A model generated the notes under the pieces. It did not search any database. It was not told the DNA's origin and saw only the letters and a list, made by a program, of their open reading frames with translations. The translations under genes were made by a program, and so were the position numbers. A DNA stretch of 61,704 nt from the NCBI RefSeq assembly GCF_002571385.2, contig NW_019218141.1, positions 253,871 through 315,574 of the forward strand, read 5' to 3'. Every line of letters begins with the position of its first letter. Position 1 is the first letter of the stretch. The DNA comes from Stylophora pistillata. Lineage: Eukaryota. Positions 33,974-48,100 of this stretch are shown here, piece after piece.

Positions 33974-35755
33974 TTACTTTGTTAGAAGTCCAGGAATTCT
34001 CATCATCCATTTCCTTGCATCACCATGAACAAGATCTGGGCCATTCTGCTTCACAATACTGCAGGCAAGTGCAATATCAGCCAAGGTCATTTTCCCACCA
34101 AGAATCCACTGTTTTGCAAGCTTTAATTCAAGACTTTTCAAGGCAGCAGTTCGCTCTTTGCTGCTTGCAAGTGATTTGTCAATCCAGTAATCCACACATG
34201 CAGACTCTTCAGGTGTTAGATTACCATACAAGTCTGGGAGAAATGTGCGGCAGAAGAAGCGAGCAATGGTTATTTCACCAGTCATTGGATTGTGGGCAGA
34301 TGGAGAAACTACTAGCGAAGGAAGATCTCCCTCTGGAAAGAATAAAAAATAGAGAATCTAAAGTAATATGCCATAGTATTCACTAAATGAACTTTGGATA
34401 ACATTCAATCTCATTAACTGGCAAAGACTTAATTTAGTACTATGCCTGTCACAATCCATAGGGACTTGGAATCTTGACAAAAAAGATTAAACCTTTCTTA
34501 TTGAACTTTTACAGCATGAATAAACATTTGAAACATGTTAATAATATCAGAAAAAAAATTAGCACATTTTAACCTTTTTCCAAAATAACATAGCCAGAGA
34601 ATCTTGTCTTTCATCGAGAGGTGGCAAGAAAGGTAAGATAAATATTTACCTTCTTTCCAAACAAGAGTTAAAATGACTGGGGCACGCCCAACTTCTTTAT
34701 TACATTTAGAGAAGTTCTGGAATTGTGTTCTGACAGAATCAGGGATTGGCTCTTTAACTGATGAGTGGCTGAACATTGCTGTTGTATGGGCAAGTCCTCT
34801 TTGCTTCATAATATGCTGTAGAATGCTTATAATAAGAGGAGGGTCATTTGGTGAAGTGAATATCACAAAATCACATGTTGTTGGAGAAACCTGTGTGTTA
34901 ATAAACAACCATTATTGCTTTGTCAATCAATTAATCAATCAATCTGATTAGCTGCTCATATATAACTGCTGTAACGTTATGGTCAATCAGTCAGTTGTCT
35001 GGCTTGGTCTGTCAATTTACCAAGTAAAGAGTCAGCCAGTCAATAAATCATGTAATTAGATACTACCATTCATACCTATCTTGAAAAAATGAATTAAATT
35101 TAAAAATCATGATTTGTTACAAATTGAGGAGGCTTGTAATATGTTACAGCCAGGACATTTAATTTTTAATTTTTATTTTTCGGACCCAGTGGCTAGCGAA
35201 AAAAAATTAAGACGTTAAAAATCGTCATCCCTGCGAGATCTACGATAGCCCCCCCTTTCACTGGCCTCATAATGGCTGGAGATCGTCATGTAATCTCCTG
35301 CAAGGATTTAAATCATTTAGCCTAAAAAGTTTAGTTAGCGTTCAATTACTTTCTGCTTACTTTCACTTTTGGACGCGGAAGAGGAACCCCGAGCCGCTTT
35401 GCCACTTCTTCAACGGAAGTTTTTAGGCCGTTCAGTTCACGAAGAATATCCTCTTGCTTTCTTTCGAGACTCTGTAAACTCGATGATGACAGCTGTACCT
35501 TGTGACCCAAGAATTAAATCTTGAATGAGTGATTGCTACCTACGGTATGTTATAAAGCTTAACAGCTTGAACACGTGTTACAATAAATTGAGTTTTATAG
35601 ATGCAAAACCATTCAGTTCAACGATTTACCTCAATGTTCGTGTTTGTCTGATAGTAGCTGGGCAAGCCATACATACAACTTGGCAGTGGGACGGCCGTAC
35701 CTCCGTAATATGTCGGATGACGATACATAGAGATATCAGAACCAGCAGCCGCCAT
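33974..35755 (-). CDS. AIMP2: Aminoacyl tRNA synthase complex-interacting multifunctional protein 2 (p38/JTV1), ~285 aa, 4 exons
   Basis: Exons 35630-35755, 35361-35492, 34650-34890, 33974-34332 (858 nt, phases consistent). N-terminal MYRHPTYYGG...LPSCMYGLP, leucine zipper LQSLERKQEDILREL..LK..V, thioredoxin-like DFVI...P.DPP...HSSV...LTLVWK, GST-C-like GE..IARF...W..G..TLAD. Confidence 0.9.
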
Positions 35756-36159
35756 TTTGAAAGGAGAGTTTGTTTAATTGTTGCAAGGCATTATGGGAAC
35801 GATTTCGATAAAACATCGATGACAGAGACCTGGTTAAATTTCTTATTTTCTCGAAATTTAAACTGGTTTAATTCGTAACAACTAATATTTACTTAAAAGG
35901 TATAAACTTTCGAATTTAAACCAGAATTAAGTTATAATCCCTCACCGATATACTTCGAGAAATTTTTTAATCATGCATGATGCATTTTGGGTGGGTCACG
36001 TGACCAAGCAAGAGTTCTTTCCCCGCGAAGTAAAAATGTGGTTAGATGAAAATGAAGTAACAAAAAAGAGTGGAATATACCGGTAAACGCGAACAGGAGA
36101 GGGCTTAATGCAGTTCATTTTACGTGCTTTAGCTGGGAGCAGTAGATTTAATCGAGAAA
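35756..36159. promoter_or_regulatory. Bidirectional promoter shared by AIMP2 and BPTF
   Basis: Divergent ATGs only 404 bp apart; palindromic E-box GGTCACGTGACC at 35994-36005; YY1-type AAAATGGCGGC over the AIMP2 start. Confidence 0.7.
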
Positions 36160-39100
36160 ATGAAGAGAGGAAGGGGACGCCCGCCTAAAAATCAGGCTCA
36201 AAGCTCAAAATCGCCAAATCTCTCGAGTGCAAGCAGCCAACATGGCGGACAGCGCAGTCCGCGTGTCTCTTCTTCTATGGCCATTAAAACTCGAGGTTAT
36301 AGCGGAACAACACCACGTAAATACTACGGGATGGAATCTTCAGATTCTGATAGCGACAATGAATCTATTTCTAGTCATGGATCTTCCATTTCAAACACTA
36401 CTAGCCCTAAAACTCGTTATGTCGAGCCCTTGAGAGTGGTAACTCCTCTCACTTTACCACTATCATCTGACGATCTTTTGATCGAGCCAGAGTCTATTTT
36501 GCAAGCGCTAGGGATTTACGAGATTTTAAGACATTTTAGTCGTATTATACGACTCTCCCCCTTCAGGTTTGAAGACTTTTGCGGGGCAATCCAAACTCCA
36601 GAACAATCTTCGTTACTTGCACAAATTCACATCGCTCTACTACGTTTTCTGTTGTCTGAGGATGATGCGAGCGGGTTGACATTCGTGGCAACCGACGAAA
36701 AAGACAGCTTCAACATTCTCTCCTACTACCTGGGTGGCTTTACTTGGCCTGAACTTATTAAAAGCTACATCTCGTCGGATAAGAGCGAATTTGGAGACAT
36801 ATTTACGGCTGTAAATGGACATGACGAGAATCCGTTCCCGTTTACAACAGTCGAGAATAGATTGAAGGTTCTCCAGCGACTTTGCGATCAATTCTTGGCC
36901 TCCAATTCAGTCAGATAGGACATAATGAATGAAGGAATAGTGGAATCGGAGGATCATTGTCGCAATTGCTGCAAAATGGGCGATTTACTGTGTTGTGAAA
37001 GCTGTCCTGCAGTTTACCATCTTCATTGCTTGAAGCCGCCGTTGGAAGTGGTTCCTGAAGGCGATTGGCTGTGTCCCGTATGCGAGGCTCACCAACTTAA
37101 AGGTGTCACGGACTGTCTACCTGATTGGAACAGAGAAGGATGGCTAAGAAACGCCCCTTTAGGGGTAGACAGGGAAGGAAGAAAGTACTGGTTCTTGGCC
37201 AGACGTTTGTTCGTGTAAGTGTTTACTTCCAAGATGGTTGATATGATATATTGTTCATCTGAATGATTCCAGTTATCTTTACCCTTGGTAGACCACCTTT
37301 ATAGGGCAAATTACTGACTTAGGTCACATTTACACTTTTTATATCAGCTTTTAACGTGACAAAGTACGTTTGAACTTCATGTTTTTGTTCTTTGTTCTCT
37401 TTTTGTAAGCCTTTTTTTTTTTCGACATCAAAATTGATTTTATTAGTTAGGGCCACCACCATTGGGTCACTTATGGAGGTCAAATAATGAGTTGAATATT
37501 AATGAATTATACTCTATTTTTTATTTTGAATTTTTTTATTTTCCTGCGCCATTATTGTTCCAAGTACGCTTTTATGTCAAGGTCTAGGATTGTAGTAGGC
37601 TTATTGAAGTGTTTTATATTGGCATGTCTTAAGGGTGGGCCTGGGAGGGGGGTGAGGTTGTCTCACAGGTTTGTAATTAAATGGCATGAATTAACTTTCC
37701 TTGTGGTTCACTTTTAGTTATTATTAATATTAATATTGATACCATACTCCTAACTTTAATGGAACTTAAAAGGTAGCACCCTGACTTTTTCAGTTTATCT
37801 TAATTTTTATTTAAATGTAATAAAATATTTTTCATAAGATTTAGAAACTAACCCTTTTTGTTGTGAATCTTTGTTGTGCAACTTATTAATAAGATTACAG
37901 TGGCATGGTTGTGAAATATTTTATGGTCTACAATTGATGAAATTGAGGTTAATTACTTCAAATACTTGGTTGCTAGTGAGTTATCTTTTTTCATTGGCTA
38001 CTCCCTCTTGTGTAGAAGGTTGTGTGGAATATAGTTATTCTGATGTGACCACTATTTGACCCTTTACATCCTTAGATCAGTATGTATATTCTCCTTATTG
38101 TTCTGTATACATTTCCTAAGGTAGTGACAAAGAGAATTTGATTAAGAATCGAGAGCTTTTTTAAATGGTCGTCATTTCTTTTATTCTTGTAGCCTGAATG
38201 TGTGATTCAGTGAGTAAGGTGTGTTAGTATAATTTCAGAGCTGAGCAAAGAGTTTCCAGCAATCTGATTGGTTGAGTGGTTTTTTATGTGAGGCTATATA
38301 AACCGCTCCATGTGGTTTATATAAAATGTTAAAATAAAGTGTTAATGAATGTTACTAAAATATTATGATTTTTGAAATTTCTCTGTTGTTCAGCTCTGAA
38401 ATTACACTAAAACAATTAATCACCTCAGGTTCGGTGAGTATTGTTGAATAGTCCCCTTGACTTCGTCTCGGGGATCATTGGACAATATTCACCTTGCCTT
38501 CTGTGAATAATTGTTAAATATTGTAAGGAGAAATGAGATGCTAGTTACTCTAAGGGGTCAAAGCATTAACAAAAATTCTTCTTTCTCTGTTCTTAACAGA
38601 GAAGGTTGTGACGAGACACTCTACTACAGCTGCAAAGCTCACCTGGATGAACTGTTGAGCTTTCTGGAAGAGGATGGAAAGGAGAAAAGGCTGATTTCTG
38701 TTCTTAGGATCAAGTACAAAACCATGGTGAAACACATGGAAATGACAGAAGCTCTTACAGAGGCTTCAAGAGGTAGAGTTATAAAAAATATTAAAGTAAA
38801 AAACCCATGTCAGTGAGTAAGAACACTGTGATGAGCTCTTGGCTTCCTTTGTGAACCCAAATACTGGTTCTTGTGATTTGAAGTTCAGCTTTGCCTCTTT
38901 TTTTGTAAGTTTTCAAACAGAGAGATGAGGCAAGGTCTGGTGAATACTGAACAGGCAGGAAAGACAAAATTAGTCTTGATACAATGCCACCTTTCTGACT
39001 GGTGTTGTAAATCAAACTACTGTTTGCTTAGTTCCTGTTTAAAAAGCATAGTACACTGGTTGCTCGAGGATTTTAATAATAATTTAATTTGTAGGAAATC

Positions 39101-42100
39101 TTCCCTCTGGTCTCACCAAAAGAAGACAAAGACGAATGAAAGAAGAAGTAAAGACAACTTCACCTGTAAAAGAGGAAAAAGACCAGGAGAATGATGGAGA
39201 GTTGGAAGACTCAAAGGAAAAACTTTCTTCTGGTATGAAAATATTTTTTTCATTACTTCATATACTGGTATGTGTGGTTTGATTAAGTTCCCAATCATTT
39301 TTAAAACACAAATGAAGTGTTAAACATGGCTGCCTCACTTTAGTTAGTGGTGCAAGTCCTCATTTCATTTTGTCTGGAAAGATGAAGTTCTGTGTTATTT
39401 TTCACAGAGAAAGGGTGTCTAAAGGGGTGATTGTGGAAAGGAATTAACACTTTGGGACTGTATCATGGACTATATTTTATTTTGGGAAGAATAAATTATT
39501 GAGAATGAGCATGGGAAATGAAATTTGAATGAACTAAACATACTTTTATCTTAGACAGAAGGCATTTGGTTGTATGTGAGAAAAAAAACAGTGGTACATT
39601 TGAAATAAGATAACAAGAAAAGGTTAGAAGCAGTTCATCAAGAGCACAGAAGGATCCATTGACCACTTTCATAAATGGCTGCTGGATTAATATTCTTTTG
39701 TTTAAATTTAAATTAGCCTTTCTGGGCTTGTTCTCCAGTACAAAATTCAAAAGAATACATTATCTCAAGCGAGACCAGAAAGGCTAATTTAAATTTCAAC
39801 AAAAGAATATTAATCTGGTAGCCGTTTATGAAATTTTATTAGTTGAAATAACATTTTTGGTCTTTCTAAGTAAGCTGTGAGGAGAAGAGAATTCATGAGT
39901 ACCAAATTCTGTATTTTTCTTTGCATGTAAACATAACAGTTCAAGGGTATTTGATACATCCTGATACTCATCCTCATTAGTATAGACATTTAATGGTAAG
40001 TTATGCACTGAATCCTCAATTTAACTTGAATTAATTCACATATATTGATTGTAGCAGAATTACAACAACAAGTTGCAGATCCAGTGGTAGACAGTGGTGC
40101 ACCTTCATCATCAAAGCCTCTTCCAGCATCAGCCACCCTCACATTCATCCCAGACAATGAAGTGAAAAAGATTGTCACCATGCCTCAGGTTGAGAATAAC
40201 AATATTCCTGGAGTAGATAAAAAGATGGTGCTGAGGGACAGAAGAACAACAAGCCAAGAAGGTCCTTTCAGTAGGAAAAGGCCTGCATTGCCTTCCTCTG
40301 AAGCAGAAGAAGACAAAAGTATTGTAGCTACTGGTGCTGGTCCTGAGGAGTTCATGTCTACTACAATTTCAGCTGGTATTGATACTGGTTTAGATGGTGG
40401 TGAAGAAAAGGACAGTTTAAATGTGTCAGCTCTTGGTGAATCTTTGAAGGAAACAAAAGTGTCAAGAGCACCTGAAAACAGTGTGAAGAAGGAAGAAAGT
40501 GAGTTGTCTGGCTTATTTGAAGGTAGCACTTTGTCAGAAAGAACTTCCGGTGATAAAATGGAAGCCGAGAAATGTTCATTAAACGACCACATTTCTGAAT
40601 CTGATGCGAAACCTAAGATGGGCAAGAGTCAGAATGAGATAAGTTCACAAACAGCAAATGGTAGCAAGACTCTATCTGTGAGTAGTAAATCAGTTGAGAA
40701 GGACACAAAGCATGCTGTAGTATCCTCTGCTGCTCACCAGACAAAATCAAGCGCTGCAGATGATGCAGTCACTACTGTTCAACAAACTAAGCCAGAACCA
40801 GTATTTAGGCTTGGCTCAGAAGCAAATTACTCCTCCTACATCAATCAGTTTACAGTTAATCCCCTAGCACTAACCAAACAACAGCAGTTGGAGCAAAGAG
40901 ATAAAAAGCGCAGTGTCTCAAACAAATTTAGTCTTGTTGACTATAAGTGGCATGGGGATGTTTGTGGAAGAAAAGATGTCATTTTGAACACTTTGCGGTT
41001 TTCCATAGTTGGTCTTGAAAATTCCATAGCTTCAACCTTCATGCATCCTTCGTGGCCAGTGCAGCGTTCCTCCTGGGTGAGAGCAGTCCATTTGTCAAAG
41101 ACACCTAAAGAGTTTGCTGCAGCTCTGTCTTTTCTGGAGAGCTCAATTCGACCAATCTGTTATCTTCCTGTGTGGAATGATGCAGTTGGCCATGTGGAGC
41201 TGTATCGTATGGTGTCTGAAGCCAAGCAGGCTGGAACCAAAAAGAAAGATCACAAGGAAGAAGAAGACGAGCCTGAGCCAGAACATAAAGGATTTGGTAA
41301 GTGCATTTTTTTCTGCCTTTTCATACTTAATATATGGTTCTATTGGTTTGAAATGATGGTGTTTTAACTTAAATGTTATACAACACTTGTGACAGATTCT
41401 TGTCACCCAAATGTAAAGAGAATCCAAGAACAAGAATGGGGTCTTGAGTTCATGACACAATTAAAAGTTAATCAGACGTCTTAATGAACAATTTCAAGAG
41501 CAGTGCTTTCAATAAGACCCGGGGGATATTCTGTTGTGAGTCTCCGGGTATATTTCACTGCACCCAAGTCACAGAGTCACCATGCTAAGTCACAATCAAG
41601 TCGCTCTCAGGCGGGTGTTGCATCAAGGTAGCCACTATTTCAAATCTTATTGAAAGCACTGCAAGAGGAGGACTGATTTTGTGAGTTTCAATGAAATTGA
41701 GTTACAAGGGAAAGTCAACTTAGCCATTTGTGTCATACTACTACTTATGATCCATCTTTTTTTTTTCTCTTGAGCAAGTGGTCTAAATACATTAAGTGCT
41801 GAATATCCTCAGCTGAGACTGGGGAAATGCTATGTTATCACCCAAGTGATAGTGTTAATTCAAGATAAGAGAAATGTTTGTTCATAAAGTTGTACCATGC
41901 AGCAAACAGTAAGCCATTCATAAACATTTTTCCATGGGCATTGCATAATAGCTGAAGGTTTGAAATGATTACAATTGCCACTATCTATGGGGAAAATGTA
42001 CTTGTATATTTGTTCCTGGAAATTATCTGTTCCTCACACTTTCCCTTGAGCTTCACTCTCAGAAAACTGTCCGTATCTTGGAACAGATACTGTCCATAGA

Positions 42101-45100
42101 CAAATGTACAAGCATATTTTCATACCAAATAGAGGCTACTGTTCATTTCTGATCTAAAATGGAGCACTATTACACCTGATTCAGAGAAAGCAGTCATGTT
42201 GTAATTTGGAATTACATATACATAAATATGATATACATAACTAAAAATTTAACATGTAGTGAGGAAACTTAAAGAGAAATCAAGAGGCTTATGCAAGCTA
42301 CAGGCTCCTCAGATCACCTTGTTATTGTTCATTTTTCTAGTGCGGCATTTTGTCCTCACCATTCATAGTGTTGTATTTGATAACCCTTTTTTAATCATTT
42401 CAAACCTCATCTCGCCCCCCTCTAGGGCTTGATGGGGAATTTACTTGTTGGTATTTATCTAACAACTGAAGGATGATGTTCTTTTGATAATTAATGAATT
42501 CATTTCCTTTTCTATCAGTGAATTACACATGGGTGCCACACCACCAAGTTTGGAAACAGAAAGGTGAAGAATACAGACTGTTTGGAGGAGGTGGCTGGGT
42601 GTGGACTAGTGGTTTACAACTGCGGAAACGGAAACGTCCGAGTAATGCTACGGACAGCTTTGTTAACAAAAAACGAAGACTCTTGGACACTACCAATAAA
42701 ATTGTAGCATTTAAAGAAGCCAAAAGGAAGGAAGCAGCGAAAAAAGAAGCGGAGAGGGTTGTTAGGGTCGCTGCACGAACATCCTCTTCTCAAGCTACGC
42801 CTTTGTCAGTAGAGAAAACTGCAAGAGCTCCTCAAACAGCAGCGACTGGTACGACAACCCTTGTTGCTGCACCAGTACAAACGCAGACTGCAGTTACCTC
42901 ATCATCTGGTTCTTTCTCACCATCAACAGCTCCTCGGACAGCTCAGTCTACCACAGTTACCACCGCTACAAAGCCAATACAGAATCTTGTCTCTGTTCAA
43001 CTTGGAGCTCCTTCGACCTCTTCAACTCAAGGAACATCAACAGCTCTTCGAATGGTCCAACCTGTTACTACTATAGCTTGTACAACGCCAGCACAGACTC
43101 CTGTCACACTTCAAAATGGCGCCACGTTAACATCTTCCACTTCAATTCAATCAGCTGGTCTTCAAATGTGCCAAGCTACAACAACAACTACCGTTACTCC
43201 AGTCATGGCTCAAAGTGGTATCACATCAACACGCGCAACCTCACCACAACCATCTGAGCAAAATGTCTCGAAACAGACCTTGGCATCCTCTTTTCCTTCT
43301 CTCAATACTTCTAGTACTTCAATGCTCAACGCTGCCGTGTCTTCTACAACGTCTTGTAATCTTTCTAAGGTTATTTCACAGACTGATAGCCTGAAAACTT
43401 CTTCTCATCAACTGTCAGTTAGGCTGTCGACATCGCCATCATTAACAGTAGCTGAACCGGTCTCTTCTCTTACTTCATGTGAAGAAACTACTTTTTCGAA
43501 TAAATTACCTCACTCTGAAGTTAGAAGCTCTAGTTCATTGTCACAAGAAGCTTCCTTGTCCCCTCAAACTCCTTTTAATAGTTCTACTCTTCCATCGTCC
43601 ACACTTCCATCAGAGACGCCCTCTTCAATCCCACAGCCACATGGGCAGATCCCTTCAAGTACAACCTCATCCAATCCACTGGTTGTCTCATCCAATTGTT
43701 GCGATCTTCCCTCTTCACTTGCACAATCTTTTTCAACCTCCTCGGCTCAAGGTTCTCAGACAATTAATTCCGTTAGTGAATGCTCAGCTCTACCACAGCC
43801 ATCAACTCCACCCAACTGTGTCTCCACCGAGGCAGCCATTGTAGTGTCTCGGGTTCCACCTACTACTATGTTAAAGGATTCCTTACCAAGTCTGGATTCA
43901 CCACCTTCACCAAGTGCTCCAAACACAACTGGGGACAATAATAATCATCATCAATCACTAAGAGACGAACGTAAACCTAATGTTAATGATGACAAAACTG
44001 GTGATCACGCAAAACGTCTAGGAAGCGCCGAAATGGACGTGCCAGGGTCTTTATCCAATCCTTCTTCAGATATTTCTAGTGATGTTGGTATAGTACCCGT
44101 GAGACACGCCATGCCTTGTCAGACGAATAAAGATCAGATGTATGCCAGTTCATATGAACCTTGTCTTACAAATGTTGTAAGCGATAAAGCACTCGACCGA
44201 TTTCGTGATTCCTTTGTAGCTAGTCAAACCACCTCTCCTGTTCAGCAAAATTCTGTGGAAGCTACTGTTGAAATGGATTCTTCGCCTTGCGCCCCTCTTA
44301 CTGGAGAAGCATCTGAGAGTAGTAACTTTAGTACAAACTGTTCACCGACGAGCGCTGCTGATGTGGACGCTGCTTTAATCTCGGAGAGAATAACACATTC
44401 TCAGGATCATATACCAAATTCTGTGAAACAGGATAGTTCTTTGTCTAATTTGGAGTCGCATTGGATTACTCAAGAATTGTCTAGCCCTGTTAAAGATTCA
44501 GACACTTTCGAGAATAAAACGAAGCATGGATTGTCTGATCAGGGAAGAATAAAAGATACGTCGTGTGCCCTTGAGAATAAACCAGTTGATACTACGCAAG
44601 GAACTGAAGTTTTATCAACACATTTAGCAGATGCTCTGCATGAACAAGAATCCATAGATATTGTTAAGGAGAACATGCTGAACGGGGCACAAAATTTGGC
44701 GGCCCGAAAAGGTATATCTCTGACATCAATGGATAACAGTTCCCCAAAGGACGCACAGATGGAATATACTATTGAAAAAGTGCAGTCTATAGAAGATAGT
44801 GTGTCAGTTGAGGGTCAAGGCAATACTTCAGCGAAGAACGATTTGAGTAGCCACGAGGTTTCCTCAACTAATGATGATTTACTTGACTGTCAAAGGGGAC
44901 ATTCAACGTCCTCAGAAAAATTTATGTCAAAAGAAGGACTAATCAAGGATTGTAAAAATGAACTTCCAGCAATGCAGAAGACAGCCGTTGTTTGTCTTAG
45001 CAACAAAGAGACAAATTGTGCAAGTGGGCTGTCGCTGGGAAGTCAAACCTCTAATGTCTTTGTCAATGAGCTTCTAGCACAAGACAGTGACACAAAAGAA

Positions 45101-48100
45101 ATCAAAGAAGGAAATGGATTATCAACTGTGACTGAAAAGAAAACAGATGTTAAACTCAATCCAAATACTACCTTAGAAGGTAGTTTAAAGGGTTCAGATG
45201 CAAATGTCAGCGAAATTCCCGCGCGTGAGGAGGTTCGCTTTACGGCAAACGATAATTTGATACTTAACAAAGGGGACAATCTTTTACACTTGGAAAGCAA
45301 TAAATCGTATACCACTTGTAATGTCTATGAAGAGGCCTCGTTGAATGATGATATGACAAGTACTGTCACTTCACCAAGAGATAAAATTGACGAGGTTACT
45401 TCTAAAACGTCTTGTTCGGAATTAACTAGAACTTTGGAAATGGAATCCTTAATTTCGCTTGATTGCGCCAGTAAACGCGAACAGACTTCTGGAGTAACTG
45501 AAGCCTCTGAAGGCAATAGAAATCAAATGGACACTAAACAGAGTACAATGCGCTATGATCATTCAGCCAGTACTAGAAACGAGAGCAGTGAGGGAATTGA
45601 TACAATTGTAACGACCAGTCATGCTCCAGCAGTTTCTCAAGGGACTGAGGAGTCTCAGTCGTTGACGTATGCAAAGGATAATAACTCCATAAACTCTGAA
45701 GCCTCGCCCAGTTGCACTAAGATTGATAATGTGGATCCTGAAAAGAGCTGCGTCTCCGCAGCGGAACCCATGGACCGTGATGCGACTAACCTCTCGTTGA
45801 CACAAATCTCTTGTGAAGGTTCATTACCTCCGTCGAGTACCGGCGAGACTAAAGAGCAACCTATGGATATTGATGTTACCTCAGAGTCATCTTCTGTAAC
45901 ATCTTCAGTAACAGCACCTTTGACTGGCATTGTTTTATCAAAAAATACAGGCCCTGGTTCTCAATCTGTATCGTGTACAGAAAAGGCAATGAACTCTACT
46001 TCATCTACCAATCAAGAATCCTCAGTTAAGGACGACGTTGCAGCCAAAATGAACATGGAGGGTCTTCCAGGCACTGTAACGACCGATTTATGCTCAACAG
46101 CAGCCTCACCCTCAGCGACTCCATCAGCTGCAACAGACACGACAGGGGCGCAATTCCTAGATATTAGAACTCAAGTGAGTTGTTCCTTACCTTCGACGAC
46201 ATCAAGTGTTGTTGTTCCAACAACGTCTCCACCTCCATCGATTACACAACAAACTCAGGTTTTGATAAGTGCTGTAACCACCGCCAGTCAGTGTTCATCT
46301 TCAGGGACTCCTGCAGCACCAGCTGTACAACCGGCAGCTGTAGTAAGTGTTAAAACAACAACCTCATTGACTACGCAACCTGCACCCTCAGCTGTGTCAT
46401 CTTCTACAGCCTTCCTAAGCCCCCGAGTAGTCGTTGGAGGTACTCAAGGCATCGCGTTGGGACAATCTCCTGTGGTACCTTCGATCCAGTCAGTTCCAGT
46501 CAAAGCAGTGGCTGCATCAACCCCAGTGTTCACAACAGCAATTACCAGAGGCATTGCTTCACCGAAAACAGCCATTGCTGTTCGACCCCAAGGGCAGGGA
46601 AGCCAATATATACCAATAGGACCTAAGCCCATTCTCCCTTCTCCGAGGCCACCTGTTATTGCTCCAGGTGTCCAAGGATCCAATGTGGTAAGAATCAGCA
46701 CCCAGCCTGCAGCTGCCTCGAGGCAGCAGACTAACCTGGCTCCAGTGAATAGCATAGCTGCATTGGTAGCGAGCATCCCAACATCTGGTGCAACCATTGG
46801 ACCAACACAGCTTATTAAGCTGGTTACCCCGGATGGTAAGACATTAACCCTGCAGGGTTCACAGCTGGCTGCTATTGCTCAGCAGGCAGCGTCTCCAATG
46901 GGGCTTGCTGTACCGAAGACGATAACAGTACAAGTTGCAGCAAGTGCCGTGCAGAAGAATCAATCTACAACTGTCCAAAAGACGATCGGCGTCAAGACAC
47001 CAGGCGCCACCATTACTGTACAGAGAACACAACCACAAGTTGCACAAGCAAAACCTCAAGTTGTCGTCACCGCAAAGGCTCCTCCACCCAAACCTGTGAA
47101 AGAGGAAAAGTTCCCATCTTTAGAACCGCTTATCAAAGATCCTCGTGCACTTTTGAACCGCAGGCTAGCCAAGTGGCCGTTGCGGCACTCGGTGAAGAGC
47201 GTGTTTGCACTTCAAAAACACGAACGTCGAAAACTCGGTAGGAAAGCTGGAATGAAAGAGGTCAGTGGATTTTCTTACACGTCACGGGCTGTTGTGAAAC
47301 ACTGGCCTGCAGGAATACCTCGTCCTTCTTTCAAGGTGGCATGGCGCTTCCGTACCCAGAGTTTAAAGACACTCGCTGGTGCAGGGCTCCAGCTCAGGAT
47401 TTTGCAGTCCTGTTTGAAATGGGAAGAGATGAATATCCGGCCGCCTCGCGGGAATAGCAACACTGTGTACACAAGCTCGGGTTAGTGTTACTGAAGTTAA
47501 AATCGCTTCGGTTGTACTTTAAGGTGGTCGTGCTCTTGGTTTCCCGGTGATTCGTGGATTGGAAAAAGGCCAAAATCTTAGTAACAACTATTTGGGGGAA
47601 CCTTAGTGGTAGTTAGTAGACTGCTCTTTTACGTATAATTTTGTGACTTCCGTTACAGAATACTTTTGTTGCTCTCTTAAGGCACAACGACAACAGAGAT
47701 TACAGACAGAAAATTCGTTTCCCTGGATGGTCTCTGCTGCAAGTATCTCGTGCGTAAAACCGTACGTACTCTAACCAAACCTGTAGTAGAACCGCCTCGT
47801 CCGGCCCCCACCAAGAGCAAGAGAGGTCGAACGCTGAGGCCTAAGATTGTCCTACAGCCTGATGATGAGGAAGAGGCCTCGGTCCCGTCCGGGCCACGCA
47901 TCTTGGAGGCTTGGTACCCAGAGGTAAATAGCTAGCCATGATGGAAATAATGAGTTTAATTTTGGCTGAAATTGGAGGGAGAGACGATGTTTTTCACTGA
48001 TGCAAGCTTATGAGGAAAACGTCGTAGTGCTTTCAAAGGAAAAAACCCATGAGCTGTGGCGACTGAATGAAATCTAAGGAACTACTGTAGTTTCACCCCT

